Virus record (IMG/VR): IMGVR_UViG_3300009068_000023
Source: a virus
Strand: one strand, 5' to 3'
Length of the DNA: 64,000 nt
Of the stretch, positions 43,525 to 53,776 are shown piece by piece. The position numbers and the translations under genes are program-made. The notes under the pieces were generated by a model. It saw nothing but the letters and a program-made list of their open reading frames with translations. It did not search any database and was not told where the DNA came from. The stretch's first letter is position 1. Each line of letters begins with the position of its first letter.

Positions 43525-44268
43525 ATGGCTATCCCAACTTCAAGAAATGAATTTAAAGAATACTGCCTTAGAAAGTTAGGTAAGCCAGTCCTTGAGATTA
43601 ACGTAGATGATGATCAGATTGATGATCGAGTAGACGAATCCCTTAAGTATTATTATGATTATCATTTTGATGGATCGGAAAAAATTTACTATAAGCACCT
43701 TATTACCGAACAAGATAAGGTTAACAAGTATATTACCCTGCCGGAAAACATTATAGGAGCAGTAAGAATATTTCCTATTGGTGATCCGGTAGTTGGCCAT
43801 CAAGACTTATTCAATATCAGATATCAGATTGCTCTTAATGATTTGTATACTCTTACATCAGTAAGTTTAATACCTTTCTATATGACAATGCAGCATTTGG
43901 CACTTATACAGCAAATCATCGTTGGACAAAAGCCTATTAGATATAACCGTCATACTAACAGATTATATGTTGATATGGATTGGAACGTCCATACCGGCGT
44001 TACTTACCTTTTAGTTGAAGCATATATGGTAGTAGACCCAGCTGTGTTTACTGATGCCTGGGGTGACCGATGGCTGCAAGAATACTGCACAGCAAAAATT
44101 AAGTATCAATGGGGTACTAATCTAACTAAGTTTACTGGCTTAGAACTACCTGGTGGCGTTAAGTTTAATGGTGAAAAAATATTAGATGATGCCAAGCAGG
44201 AAATAGATAAGTTAGAACAAGAAATGATTTCTAGCTACTCGTTGCCAGTGATGGATATGATTGGGTAA
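43525..44268 (+). CDS. gp13: Neck protein gp13
   Basis: YCLRKLG.PV..INVDDDQ, YHFDG and QWG.NL.KF.G..LPGGV motifs. Confidence 0.93.
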   Translation: MAIPTSRNEFKEYCLRKLGKPVLEINVDDDQIDDRVDESLKYYYDYHFDGSEKIYYKHLITEQDKVNKYITLPENIIGAVRIFPIGDPVVGHQDLFNIRYQIALNDLYTLTSVSLIPFYMTMQHLALIQQIIVGQKPIRYNRHTNRLYVDMDWNVHTGVTYLLVEAYMVVDPAVFTDAWGDRWLQEYCTAKIKYQWGTNLTKFTGLELPGGVKFNGEKILDDAKQEIDKLEQEMISSYSLPVMDMIG

Positions 44269-44994
44269 TGGCAACCAATTTTTACTTTAATAATTTTAAA
44301 AGTAGCCAAGAGCAGCTTTTAATTGAAAACTTGATTGTAGAAGCTATTAAGATCTACGGTCATGAACTTTATTATTTGCCTAGAACAAGAGACGCATACG
44401 ATCCTATTTACGGTGAGAGTCCTTTAAGCTCCTTTAATAATGCCTACATGCTTGAAATGTATATTAAGAATGTTGAGGGATTTGCAGGAGAAGGAGACTT
44501 CTTATCTAAGTTCAATCTAGAGATAAGAGATCGAGTTACATTTACTATGGCTCGAAGAATATTTAATGATGAGGTAGGAAGTATAGAAGCCATAGTTACC
44601 AAGAGAAGGCGACCTTATATTCTTCCCTTTAAACAATAAGATATTTGAAATTAAGTTTGTCGAACACGAAGCTATTTTCTATCAACTAGGCTCACTACAA
44701 ACATTCGATATACAATGTGAACTGTTTGAATATAGCAACGAGATATTTAATACTGGTTTATTAGATGTTGATAATCTATATGACAACTATAGACTTGACG
44801 TTAATGCGTACTCTATTAAGTATCAAATAGGTGCAGATTATGGCTTCCTAACAGATGAGTCTGGCTTTAATTTAATTACAGAAGGTGAAGATATTGGTGA
44901 CCTAATAGTAGATAATACGTCTACTATACAAAATGAAGCTTTAGAGTTTATTGACTTTACTAACATTGACCCGTTTAGTGAAGGCAATCTATAA
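44268..44994 (+). CDS. gp14: Neck protein gp14 (frameshift at about 44598 in this sequence)
   Basis: N-half YYLPR..EMY..NVEGF.G.GD.LSKF. The +1 frame from 44599 continues PREGDLIFFP..KIFEIKFVEHE..FYQLG...DF...DPF to TAA 44992-44994. Confidence 0.85.
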
Positions 44995-45809
44995 TGTTCG
45001 GACAGACCTTTTATCATAAGACACTCAGAAAGTACGTAACGTACTTTGGCACACTTTTTAACGACATTTACATTAACAGAGTAAATGCAAGCAATACAAG
45101 CATACAGACACTTCGTGTACCTATCACCTACGCACCTCGCGATAAAGCTCTAGCAAGAGTGGATGCCGAACCAAACCTCAATAGACCTGCTGCGGTTATT
45201 CTACCGGTAATGTCATTTGAGATGACTGGACTATCTTATGCTGCAAGTAGAAAGCTTGCTACAATCAATAAGAGTAGAATTACTAAAGTCGAAACTAATG
45301 ATGACAATTATCTAAAGTATGCGTACAATCCAGTACCATATGATATTGACTTCACTTTAAATATCATGGTAAAGAATGCAGAAGACGGCACAAGAATTCT
45401 AGAACAAATTCTGCCGTTCTTTACTCCTGAATGGACCGCAACTTTAAATCTTATTCCAGAGTTAGATTTTAAATTAGACATACCTGTTATCATAAAGAAC
45501 ATTACATCTTCAGACACGTATGATACTAATTATGAAGAAAGAAGAGTTCTTACCTGGACCATAAACTTTACTATGCTAGGGTATCTATTTGGCCCAGTCA
45601 AGAAGTCTAATGTTATTACTCTTGCAAATACTAATTTCTACGAAAAATTTAATACTAATACTGTTGCTGAGAGTATTACTATATACCCAGGTATGTTGGC
45701 TAATGGACAACCAACAACTAATGCATCGCTAACGGTAGATAGAAGTGACATTCTACCTGATGATGATTGGGACTATATTATTATAAAGAAGAGCATAGAT
45801 GAAAACTGA
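44994..45809 (+). CDS. gp15: Tail sheath stabilizer/terminator gp15
   Basis: FGTLFNDI, VPITYAP, PVPY and EQILPFF.P motifs. Confidence 0.92.
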   Translation: MFGQTFYHKTLRKYVTYFGTLFNDIYINRVNASNTSIQTLRVPITYAPRDKALARVDAEPNLNRPAAVILPVMSFEMTGLSYAASRKLATINKSRITKVETNDDNYLKYAYNPVPYDIDFTLNIMVKNAEDGTRILEQILPFFTPEWTATLNLIPELDFKLDIPVIIKNITSSDTYDTNYEERRVLTWTINFTMLGYLFGPVKKSNVITLANTNFYEKFNTNTVAESITIYPGMLANGQPTTNASLTVDRSDILPDDDWDYIIIKKSIDEN

Positions 45810-46179
45810 TACTATTTCTGACGCATTAGGCCTCCCGCCTCTTGAAAAAGAAATACAAGTTATTAAAAAGCAGCCCGATTACGAATATGATTTTGAATAT
45901 GCAAGAGGCAATCTTCTTAATATTATAGAGAAGGGCGCAGAGGCTCTAGATGGTATTTTAGATGTTGCCGGGCAATCCCAACATCCTAGAAGCTATGAAG
46001 TCGCAGCTAATCTTATTAAAACTATGTCAGAGGTTAATAAGGATCTTTTGGAGCTTTCAAAACGAAAGCAAGAGCTATCTGGAGAAGCTGGCAATGCAAA
46101 GACTATCAACAATAATCTATTTGTTGGCAGCACAGCCGAGCTTCAAAAATTTTTAAAAGATCAAAATGAGCAACACTGA
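45799..46179 (+). CDS. gp16: Terminase small subunit gp16
   Basis: DFEYARGNL, HPRSYEV and NNLFVGSTAELQK motifs. Confidence 0.92.
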   Translation: MKTDTISDALGLPPLEKEIQVIKKQPDYEYDFEYARGNLLNIIEKGAEALDGILDVAGQSQHPRSYEVAANLIKTMSEVNKDLLELSKRKQELSGEAGNAKTINNNLFVGSTAELQKFLKDQNEQH

Positions 46180-47809
46180 GTATTATCTTGGTAATAGAAA
46201 CCTCAAACGTAGTTATGTAGAGATTGAATGGACAAAGGACAACGTCCAGGAATACATAAAGTGTTCAAGAGATCCAGTATACTTTATTGAAAATTACGTA
46301 AAGATAGTACACGTAGACAAAGGCTTAATACCTTTTCAACCTTACGACTATCAAAAAGATATTATAGAGCTTTCAGATAAAGAAAGATTTGTAATATGTA
46401 AGATGCCTAGACAGGTCGGTAAAACTACCGTAGTTGTAGGTATTATTCTGCATCGTGTACTGTTTTACGAAAACTATTCAGTAGCTATACTTGCCCACAA
46501 AGAAAAACAAGCACGGGAAATTCTAAGTAGAATTCAACTTGCTTATGAACACATGCCTAGATGGATGCAACAAGGTATAGTAGAATGGAACAAAGGTAAT
46601 GTAGAGTTAGAAAATGGCTCTAAGATACAAGCTAGTTCTACTGCATCATCAGCCATTAGAGGTACATCACAAAACTTAGTTTACCTAGATGAGTTTGCTT
46701 TCGTACCCAACAACATTCAAGAGTCGTTCTTTGCTTCTGTATACCCTACCATTTCTTCTGGCGCTACTACAAAAGTATTAATTACGTCTACTCCTAATGG
46801 TCTTAACTTATTCTATAAGATATGGGCTGATAGTGAGAATGAAAGAAATGATTATAAGCGGATTGACGTTCATTGGAGTGAAGTGCCAGGAAGAGATGAA
46901 GCCTGGAAGCAACAAACAATTAACAACACATCCGAGGAACAATTTAGGCAGGAGTTTGAGTGTGAGTTCCTAGGTTCATCATCAACCCTAATTGCAGGTG
47001 CAAAGCTTAGAACTTTAGTTTATCAGACACCTGTAAAGTCTGACGAGCATTTAAAGATATTTAAGTACCCAGAAAAGGATAGAATTTATACTATAGCAGT
47101 CGATACTGCGCGTGGACGTGAAGGGGACTATTCTGCCTTTAAAGTGTTCGATGTTACTGAGTTTCCTTATGTGGATGTTGCTTCATATCGTAATAAGGAA
47201 ATAGATCCATTAGTATATCCATCTGTCGTTTATAATCTAGCAAACTATTATAATAAAGCTTTAATTTTAGTAGAAATAAATGATGTAGGACAACAGGTAG
47301 CCGATATTCTTCAGCATGATTTAGAGTATGATAATTTAATTTTTAGTTATTCCTCACCCCTTAAAGGTGCAGTAGTATCAGCTGGATTCTCTGGCTCTTC
47401 TCATGCAGGTGTAAGAACTACTAAATTAACTAAGAAGATTGGCTGCTCTAATTTAAAATCAATGATTGAAAGTGACAAACTTATAATTAATGATTTTGAT
47501 ACTATACAAGAGCTGTACAGATTTGTAAGTAATGGTACTTCGTTTGAAGCAGAAGAAGGTAACGATGACTTAGTGATGTGTTGTGTTATTTTTGCATGGT
47601 TAACAGATCAACAGTACTTTAAAGACTATGCAAACAATAATTTTAGACGTAACTTGTATGAAAATAGTATTCAACGAATTGAGGACGAACTATTGCCTTT
47701 TGGTGTTATTGACGATAAGCAACCTATTCAAGTAGGAGATTTTGGTAAGGTTCAGATAGAAAATTTGGATGAATCAAGAATATCTTTCAATAAGTGGATG
47801 ATGACTTAA
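46166..47809 (+). CDS. gp17: Terminase large subunit gp17
   Basis: Walker A PRQVGKTT, YLDEFAF, ITSTPNG, FRQEF and nuclease DDLVM motifs. Confidence 0.96.
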   Translation: MSNTEYYLGNRNLKRSYVEIEWTKDNVQEYIKCSRDPVYFIENYVKIVHVDKGLIPFQPYDYQKDIIELSDKERFVICKMPRQVGKTTVVVGIILHRVLFYENYSVAILAHKEKQAREILSRIQLAYEHMPRWMQQGIVEWNKGNVELENGSKIQASSTASSAIRGTSQNLVYLDEFAFVPNNIQESFFASVYPTISSGATTKVLITSTPNGLNLFYKIWADSENERNDYKRIDVHWSEVPGRDEAWKQQTINNTSEEQFRQEFECEFLGSSSTLIAGAKLRTLVYQTPVKSDEHLKIFKYPEKDRIYTIAVDTARGREGDYSAFKVFDVTEFPYVDVASYRNKEIDPLVYPSVVYNLANYYNKALILVEINDVGQQVADILQHDLEYDNLIFSYSSPLKGAVVSAGFSGSSHAGVRTTKLTKKIGCSNLKSMIESDKLIINDFDTIQELYRFVSNGTSFEAEEGNDDLVMCCVIFAWLTDQQYFKDYANNNFRRNLYENSIQRIEDELLPFGVIDDKQPIQVGDFGKVQIENLDESRISFNKWMMT

Positions 47810-47823
47810 TAGGTTTGAAAATT

Positions 47824-47831
47824 TATAAATA
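47824..47831 (+). promoter_or_regulatory. T4-type late promoter TATAAATA (gp18)
   Basis: Exact consensus, intergenic. A CATAAATA variant also occurs at 47856-47863. Confidence 0.8.
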
Positions 47832-47884
47832 AAAATAATCAGTTATACTTCTTGTCATAAATAACCTTTTGAAGGAGACACAAA

Positions 47885-49999
47885 ATGGCATTTCAAGTTA
47901 GTCCAGGTGTAAATGTCACTGAAATTGACTTGACCACTGTAGTCCCAGCAGTATCAACAACAGAAGGCGCTCTAGCTGGCGTTTTTCGTTGGGGACCAGT
48001 TGGCAAAAGAATTTTAGTAGACTCAGAAACTAATCTAGTTGCCCGTTTCGGCAAACCAACCAACCACAATGCAGAAACATTCTTCACTGCAGCTAATTTC
48101 CTTGCTTACGGAAATAAGTTATATGTAGTAAGAACTGCTAATACTACCGATGCAACTGGTGCTGACGGTGTATTAACTGCTTTCGCTAATGTGTCGACAG
48201 TATCGTCAGCTACAAACCTCATTATTAAGAACGATGATGACTTTGATAGCACAACTGTACAGACCAATATCGGTAGCGAAACCAACGTTAGATACATTGC
48301 AAGATATCCAGGTGCACTAGGAAACTCGTTAAAAATCTCTGTGTGTGATACAAGCAATGCTTTCTTCTCGAACACAGTTCTTGCAGGTAACGGTTCAATT
48401 AGCGTTAACGGTAGCATCACATCAGTTCAAGCTTACAACGGTACAAACACTTTTGCTGTAGTAGTTGGTCAAAGTGGTTCAGGTACTATCGCTGATGCTG
48501 TATCACGTGCTGGTACATTACGTAGCCTTCTATCTGTCGGTGACCTAGTTGATTTAGGTAACAATACAATTGGTACACAGCTAGTCAAGGTAACATCAGT
48601 TGGCTCAGTATCGAACACAGGTACACAAGCAACGTTCACCGTTAATACAGAATCCAAGTTCACATTAGTTGACTTCGAAGGTGCTGGAATAGCAAACGTG
48701 AGCTCAACAAGCGCCGGATACCTAAAGCGTTACTGGCAATATGCCACCGCCGTAGATAAGGCTCCAGGTACATCAGACTATGTTGCAAACTTTGGTAACT
48801 CAGCAGCTGTTGACGAAGTTCACGTTATCGTAGAAGATCAAGACGGTCAGTTTACAGGCGTACCAGGCGCGGTTCTAGAAGTCTTCCAAGGCCTTTCGAG
48901 AGCTACTAACGCTAAGACAACTGATGGATCGACAAACTACGTCAAGGATGTTATTAACCAAAATTCACGTTATGTTTATTACAACAATAACAGAGTATCT
49001 GGTTATACAAATACAGCATTAAACATCGCTTCACTCGCCAATAACACACCACTAGCTCTTTCGTTCGTGGCTGGTTCAGACGGCGCCGCAGAAGACAGTG
49101 TACCTGTTAATGTTCTAACTGCTGGTTATGATATGTTCAGCTCAGCAGAAGATGTTGACATTTCTTTAGTGCTACAAGGCAAGGCAACCGGCGGTGAAAA
49201 TAATGCAACTCTTGGCAACTACATTATTAACAATGTTTGCGAATCAAGAAAAGATTGCGTTGCATTCATTTCTCCAAGCAAGGCATCAGTAGTACTAAAT
49301 GCCGGTGGCGACGAAGAAAATGATGTAGTTACATACAGAAATGCTCTTACTTCAACATCGTATGCTGTTCTTGACTCAGGTTACAAGTACCAATACGACA
49401 AGTACAATGACGTATATCGTTATGTACCTCTAAACGGTGATGTTGCTGGTCTATGCGTAAGAACTGATGATACAAGAGATCCATGGTTCTCGCCAGCCGG
49501 TTTCAACAGAGGCATTATTAAGAACTCAGTAAGACTAGCTTTCAATCCTTCGAAGGCTCAACGTGACGTTCTTTACAAGTCAGGTGTTAACCCTGTAGTA
49601 ACATTCCCAGGTCAAGGCACTCTTCTGTTCGGCGACAAGACTCTTCTTGCCAAGCCATCAGCATTCGACAGAATTAACGTTCGTAGATTGTTCATTGTGC
49701 TAGAGAAGGCCATTGCAACTGCAGCTAAGTTTACACTATTCGAATTCAACGACCCGTTCACTCGTGCACAGTTCAAGAACCTTGTTGAGCCTTTCTTGCG
49801 TGATGTACAAGGTCGTCGTGGCATCTATGATTTCAAGGTTGTTTGTGATGAATCAAACAACACCGGTGAAGTTATTGACCGCAATGAGTTTGTTGGTGAC
49901 ATCTACATTAAGCCTGCTAAGTCGATCAACTTTATCCAGTTGAACTTCGTAGCGGTCAGAACAGGTGTCGAATTCTCCGAAATCGTTGGACAGTTCTAA
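47885..49999 (+). CDS. gp18: Tail sheath protein gp18
   Basis: SPGV...E.DLT, WFSPAG.NRG, FDRINVRRLF and FEFND motifs. Confidence 0.96.
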   Translation: MAFQVSPGVNVTEIDLTTVVPAVSTTEGALAGVFRWGPVGKRILVDSETNLVARFGKPTNHNAETFFTAANFLAYGNKLYVVRTANTTDATGADGVLTAFANVSTVSSATNLIIKNDDDFDSTTVQTNIGSETNVRYIARYPGALGNSLKISVCDTSNAFFSNTVLAGNGSISVNGSITSVQAYNGTNTFAVVVGQSGSGTIADAVSRAGTLRSLLSVGDLVDLGNNTIGTQLVKVTSVGSVSNTGTQATFTVNTESKFTLVDFEGAGIANVSSTSAGYLKRYWQYATAVDKAPGTSDYVANFGNSAAVDEVHVIVEDQDGQFTGVPGAVLEVFQGLSRATNAKTTDGSTNYVKDVINQNSRYVYYNNNRVSGYTNTALNIASLANNTPLALSFVAGSDGAAEDSVPVNVLTAGYDMFSSAEDVDISLVLQGKATGGENNATLGNYIINNVCESRKDCVAFISPSKASVVLNAGGDEENDVVTYRNALTSTSYAVLDSGYKYQYDKYNDVYRYVPLNGDVAGLCVRTDDTRDPWFSPAGFNRGIIKNSVRLAFNPSKAQRDVLYKSGVNPVVTFPGQGTLLFGDKTLLAKPSAFDRINVRRLFIVLEKAIATAAKFTLFEFNDPFTRAQFKNLVEPFLRDVQGRRGIYDFKVVCDESNNTGEVIDRNEFVGDIYIKPAKSINFIQLNFVAVRTGVEFSEIVGQF

Positions 50000-50024
50000 T
50001 AAATAAAGACAAAGGAGAAAAGAC

Positions 50025-50576
50025 ATGGCTTTCAATGTAAATGAGATTAGAAGTCAGCTAACGCTAGGGGGTGCAAGACAGTCGCTATTCCAAGTGACTA
50101 TCCAGAACCCCGCTAACGGCGTTGCTGACATCAAGGTACCTTTCCTAGTTAAGGCAGCTCAAATTCCTGCCTCAACTCTAGGAACTATCGAAGTACCATA
50201 CTTTGGTCGTAAGATCAGATTAGCTGGCGATAGAACATTTGATGCTTGGACTGTTACTGTAATTAACGATGAAGACTTCCTAATCCGTAATGCTATGGAA
50301 CAGTGGTCAAATCAAATCCAATCGTTACAAGGCAACTTAAGAACGTTTGGTGGTGCTAGCCCACTTCTTTACAAGGCTCAAGCACAAGTAACACAGTTCT
50401 CGAAGACAGGTGTGCCTATCAGAACTTACAACTTTAATGGTATTTACCCATCGGATATCTCTGCTATTGATCTAGCATGGGATTCGACAGATGCAATTGA
50501 AGAATTTACTGTAACATTCCAGTATGACTATTGGGAAGTTTCAGGTGGTATTACTGGTAATGCAGGCGGAGTTTAA
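50025..50576 (+). CDS. gp19: Tail tube protein gp19
   Basis: GR...AGDRTF..WTVTV.NDEDF and IEEF.VTF.Y.YW motifs. Confidence 0.95.
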   Translation: MAFNVNEIRSQLTLGGARQSLFQVTIQNPANGVADIKVPFLVKAAQIPASTLGTIEVPYFGRKIRLAGDRTFDAWTVTVINDEDFLIRNAMEQWSNQIQSLQGNLRTFGGASPLLYKAQAQVTQFSKTGVPIRTYNFNGIYPSDISAIDLAWDSTDAIEEFTVTFQYDYWEVSGGITGNAGGV

Positions 50577-50595
50577 CTCTTAATTTGAGGCAGTT

Positions 50596-52146
50596 ATGAT
50601 ATTATTTGGTTTTGAAATTAAAAGGCCTGGGAATTCCGCCCAGGAGCAGTCAAAGGAGCCATCGTTCGTACCACAAGTATCGGACGATGGCGCCCTTGTT
50701 GTTGCAGCTGGCGGCGCGTACGGCACATATATTGACTTAGAAGGTACTGTTAAATCTGAAGCAGATTTAGTTAACAAGTATCGAATGATGTCAATGCACC
50801 CGGAAGTAGATAGCGCAATAGATGATGTAGTTAATGAAGCAATAGTATCAGATGACGATTCCCCTCCAGTAAGAATAATTCTGGATGATACAAACCTATC
50901 AGCGTCCGTTAAAAGAGCTATCACTCAAGAATTCGAAGAAATAACAACGTTATTAAATTTTAATAATCAGTGTTATGAAATTTTTAGAAGGTGGTATATT
51001 GATGGTAGACTATATCTACATGCTATCATTAATATAGACAATCCTAAACTAGGCATTCAAGAATTAAGATTCATTGACCCTAGAAGAATTAGAAAAGTAA
51101 AAGAAGTACAAAAGAAAAAAGATCCAAAGACCAATGCAACTTTAAATTCCACAAAAGCTGAATACTACATTTATTCAGAAAAGAATTTTAATGACAGCAC
51201 ATCGGTTGCAAGTTCAAGCCCTACTGCAGCTTTAAAGATTGCTAAAGATAGTATTGTGCATGTTACATCTGGTCTTTTAGATGTAAGCAATACTTTGGTA
51301 CTTTCGTATCTACACAAAGCTATCAAGCCTCTTAATCAATTAAGAACTCTAGAAGATGCAACAGTTATCTATAGAGTATCAAGAGCGCCAGAAAGAAGAA
51401 TATTCTATATTGACGTGGGTAATCTGCCAAAAATGAAGGCGGAACAATATCTTCAAGATATGATGACACGCCATAAAAATAGACTAGTATATGATGCATC
51501 GACTGGTGAGCTTAGAGATGATCGTAAGTTCATGACAATGCTTGAAGACTACTGGCTACCAAGACGTGAAGGTAACAGAGGCACAGAAATTACAACACTG
51601 CCTGGCGGTCAAAACCTAGGTGAGATGGCTGACGTAGAATACTTTCAGATGAAGTTGTATGAAAGTCTTAACGTACCAGTATCTAGACTCAAAACAGATA
51701 CCGCGTTTAATCTAGGAAGATCAACCGAAATCTCACGCGATGAAGTTAAATTCTCTAAATTTATTGATAGATTAAGATTAAGATTTTCACAAATCTTTAT
51801 TAAGTGTCTAGAGAAGCAACTTATTCTTAAAGGTATAACCACTCCAGAAGACTGGGATGAGTTCTCTAGCAAAATTAAATTTGATTATGCAAAAGACAAT
51901 TACTTTGCAGAATTAAAAGATACAGAAGTGCTTACTGAAAGATTAAACAGTCTTGCGCTAATTACACCTTATGCAGGGGTATATTATTCTAATGATTGGA
52001 TTAGAAGACATGTTCTCCGTCAAACAGATGAAGAAATTGAGATTCTAGATAAGCAGATATCTAAAGAAAAAAATAACCCTCAATTTGCATCATTAGCTTT
52101 AGGTGGAGAAGAGCCTCAAGCACCTACAGACAACACACAAGCATAA
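50596..52146 (+). CDS. gp20: Portal protein gp20
   Basis: RAPERRIFYIDVGNLPK.KAEQYL and EDYWLPRREG..GTEI.TLPGG motifs. Confidence 0.96.
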   Translation: MILFGFEIKRPGNSAQEQSKEPSFVPQVSDDGALVVAAGGAYGTYIDLEGTVKSEADLVNKYRMMSMHPEVDSAIDDVVNEAIVSDDDSPPVRIILDDTNLSASVKRAITQEFEEITTLLNFNNQCYEIFRRWYIDGRLYLHAIINIDNPKLGIQELRFIDPRRIRKVKEVQKKKDPKTNATLNSTKAEYYIYSEKNFNDSTSVASSSPTAALKIAKDSIVHVTSGLLDVSNTLVLSYLHKAIKPLNQLRTLEDATVIYRVSRAPERRIFYIDVGNLPKMKAEQYLQDMMTRHKNRLVYDASTGELRDDRKFMTMLEDYWLPRREGNRGTEITTLPGGQNLGEMADVEYFQMKLYESLNVPVSRLKTDTAFNLGRSTEISRDEVKFSKFIDRLRLRFSQIFIKCLEKQLILKGITTPEDWDEFSSKIKFDYAKDNYFAELKDTEVLTERLNSLALITPYAGVYYSNDWIRRHVLRQTDEEIEILDKQISKEKNNPQFASLALGGEEPQAPTDNTQA

Positions 52147-52160
52147 GTAATTTTAAATAG

Positions 52161-52168
52161 TATAAATA
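52161..52168 (+). promoter_or_regulatory. T4-type late promoter TATAAATA
   Basis: Exact consensus, intergenic before 52181. Confidence 0.8.
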
Positions 52169-52180
52169 AAAGGAATAATT

Positions 52181-52429
52181 ATGACTGACTTTAATATTAG
52201 TGATATGATTGATAGCGTTTTAGAGAACAACCCTTCTACATTTAAAGACGCTTTTAATAGTGTTATGGCTCAAAAGGTTGCTGCTGCTTTAGTAACTAAA
52301 AAGCAAGAAGTAGCAGCTTCTATGTATAATAATGAGCAAGAGTCAGAAGTAGAAACGGATTCAGAAGCTGTTCCCGAACAGGAAGTAGAAACAGAGGCCG
52401 AAAATGTCGATCAAACTCAAGAAGCTTAA
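52181..52429 (+). CDS. gp67: Prohead core protein gp67-like
   Basis: Position after gp20; F...M..K...AL..KK.EVA with acidic tail. Confidence 0.7.
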   Translation: MTDFNISDMIDSVLENNPSTFKDAFNSVMAQKVAAALVTKKQEVAASMYNNEQESEVETDSEAVPEQEVETEAENVDQTQEA

Positions 52430-53435
52430 AGAACTATACGTACCAAAATCAGCAGACGAAAAGAAGTTCGTTGACAAGCACGTAGTCGCTAAGACTGCTG
52501 ATGCTAACAAGAACGATGATGCTGTGTTTGATGGTTCAAAGGTAAAAACAATCAAGAGAAAAGAAACTCGTCATGGCTACGATAATGAAGAGGACGTTAA
52601 GGTCTATGAAGAACTAGAACACCTTGACGAAATTTCTCATGAAGGTGCTGTTCGTGCTGCTTCAGTATGGAAGAACAAAGGCGACTACAGACGCTCGATG
52701 CTGTATACTAAATTAGCCAAGGCATTAGAAGACGGTGATAGAACTACCGCCGCAGGATACGAAGCTCAACTACGCGCTCTAAAAGAAGAGAACATCGATG
52801 AGAAGCTAAAGCCATCGATGGGCGCCGGTGAATATGTTTCTGACTTTCAAAAGTCAAATGCTCCACAATTTGCTGGCAAGTCAAAAGAGAAGCGCAGAAT
52901 GATGGGAATTGCTGCCTACCTTTCAGCCAAGAAGGGCGTGATGAAGGAAGAAGTTGATCCTCCTTTTATTCCAGACAAGAAGAAATCATCTGCTAATGTT
53001 ACAGACAAATCTGGCGCACATCATACCGCAATGTCAAGAGTTAGACACTTGGCAAAACAAGCACTAGAAAAGCAAAAGAAGATAAAGAATGAGGAAATCG
53101 AACAAGTAGATGAACTAGACAAGTCGACAATGCGTAGCTATGTTGGTAAAGCTGCAGTAGATATTGCTCGTTCGGGTATTACACAAGGAATGCTAAAATA
53201 TCAGAGCAACAAAGAAATAATGGCTAAGCATATTAGCAAGAGACTTAAGGGTATCGATACAGCTACTAAAAAGTTAGCTTACGAAGAAGTCGATGTTTCT
53301 CTATTAGAGCTTTATATCAACCTAGACGAAGATAATAGAAATGTAATGCTTTCTATGATTGAAAAGGGTCTTAGAGAAGAGCTTTTACAATTCGCACAAA
53401 GCATAACGGAGCATCTAGATGCCAACAATAATTAA
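52404..53435 (+). CDS. Putative prohead core/internal head protein with repeated EE..xDE motifs
   Basis: Highly charged, lies between gp67 and gp21, modular segments. Confidence 0.55.
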   Translation: MSIKLKKLKELYVPKSADEKKFVDKHVVAKTADANKNDDAVFDGSKVKTIKRKETRHGYDNEEDVKVYEELEHLDEISHEGAVRAASVWKNKGDYRRSMLYTKLAKALEDGDRTTAAGYEAQLRALKEENIDEKLKPSMGAGEYVSDFQKSNAPQFAGKSKEKRRMMGIAAYLSAKKGVMKEEVDPPFIPDKKKSSANVTDKSGAHHTAMSRVRHLAKQALEKQKKIKNEEIEQVDELDKSTMRSYVGKAAVDIARSGITQGMLKYQSNKEIMAKHISKRLKGIDTATKKLAYEEVDVSLLELYINLDEDNRNVMLSMIEKGLREELLQFAQSITEHLDANNN

Positions 53436-53775
53436 TCAAAAGAATGGCAAGATAGTCATTCATGCAACAGCAAACGTTAATTCAAACGTTGCCTCATTTG
53501 CTTTGTCTGGGGAGAACTACACAGATATACAAGTATCACAAGTATTCTGGTCTGCCAATACAGACGTCTTTGTAAAGCGCGGATCAAACACCCTGCTCTA
53601 TTTTCCACCTAACTCAACTGGTGGCATAGACTTTGCAGGTGAAGGAATGGCTCTTTCTCAAGATTCTTCTGCTAATGTTGTAATTACTATTGGTAGCGGT
53701 GGCGCCGGCTTTGTACTATTAGAGCTTACCAAGATGATACAATATCCAGCCACCTACGATTACTTCGAGAACTAA
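53419..53775 (+). CDS. Hypothetical head-region protein
   Basis: 118-aa beta-rich ORF directly before gp21; SD GGAG. Confidence 0.65.
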   Translation: MPTIINQKNGKIVIHATANVNSNVASFALSGENYTDIQVSQVFWSANTDVFVKRGSNTLLYFPPNSTGGIDFAGEGMALSQDSSANVVITIGSGGAGFVLLELTKMIQYPATYDYFEN

Positions 53776-53776
53776 A

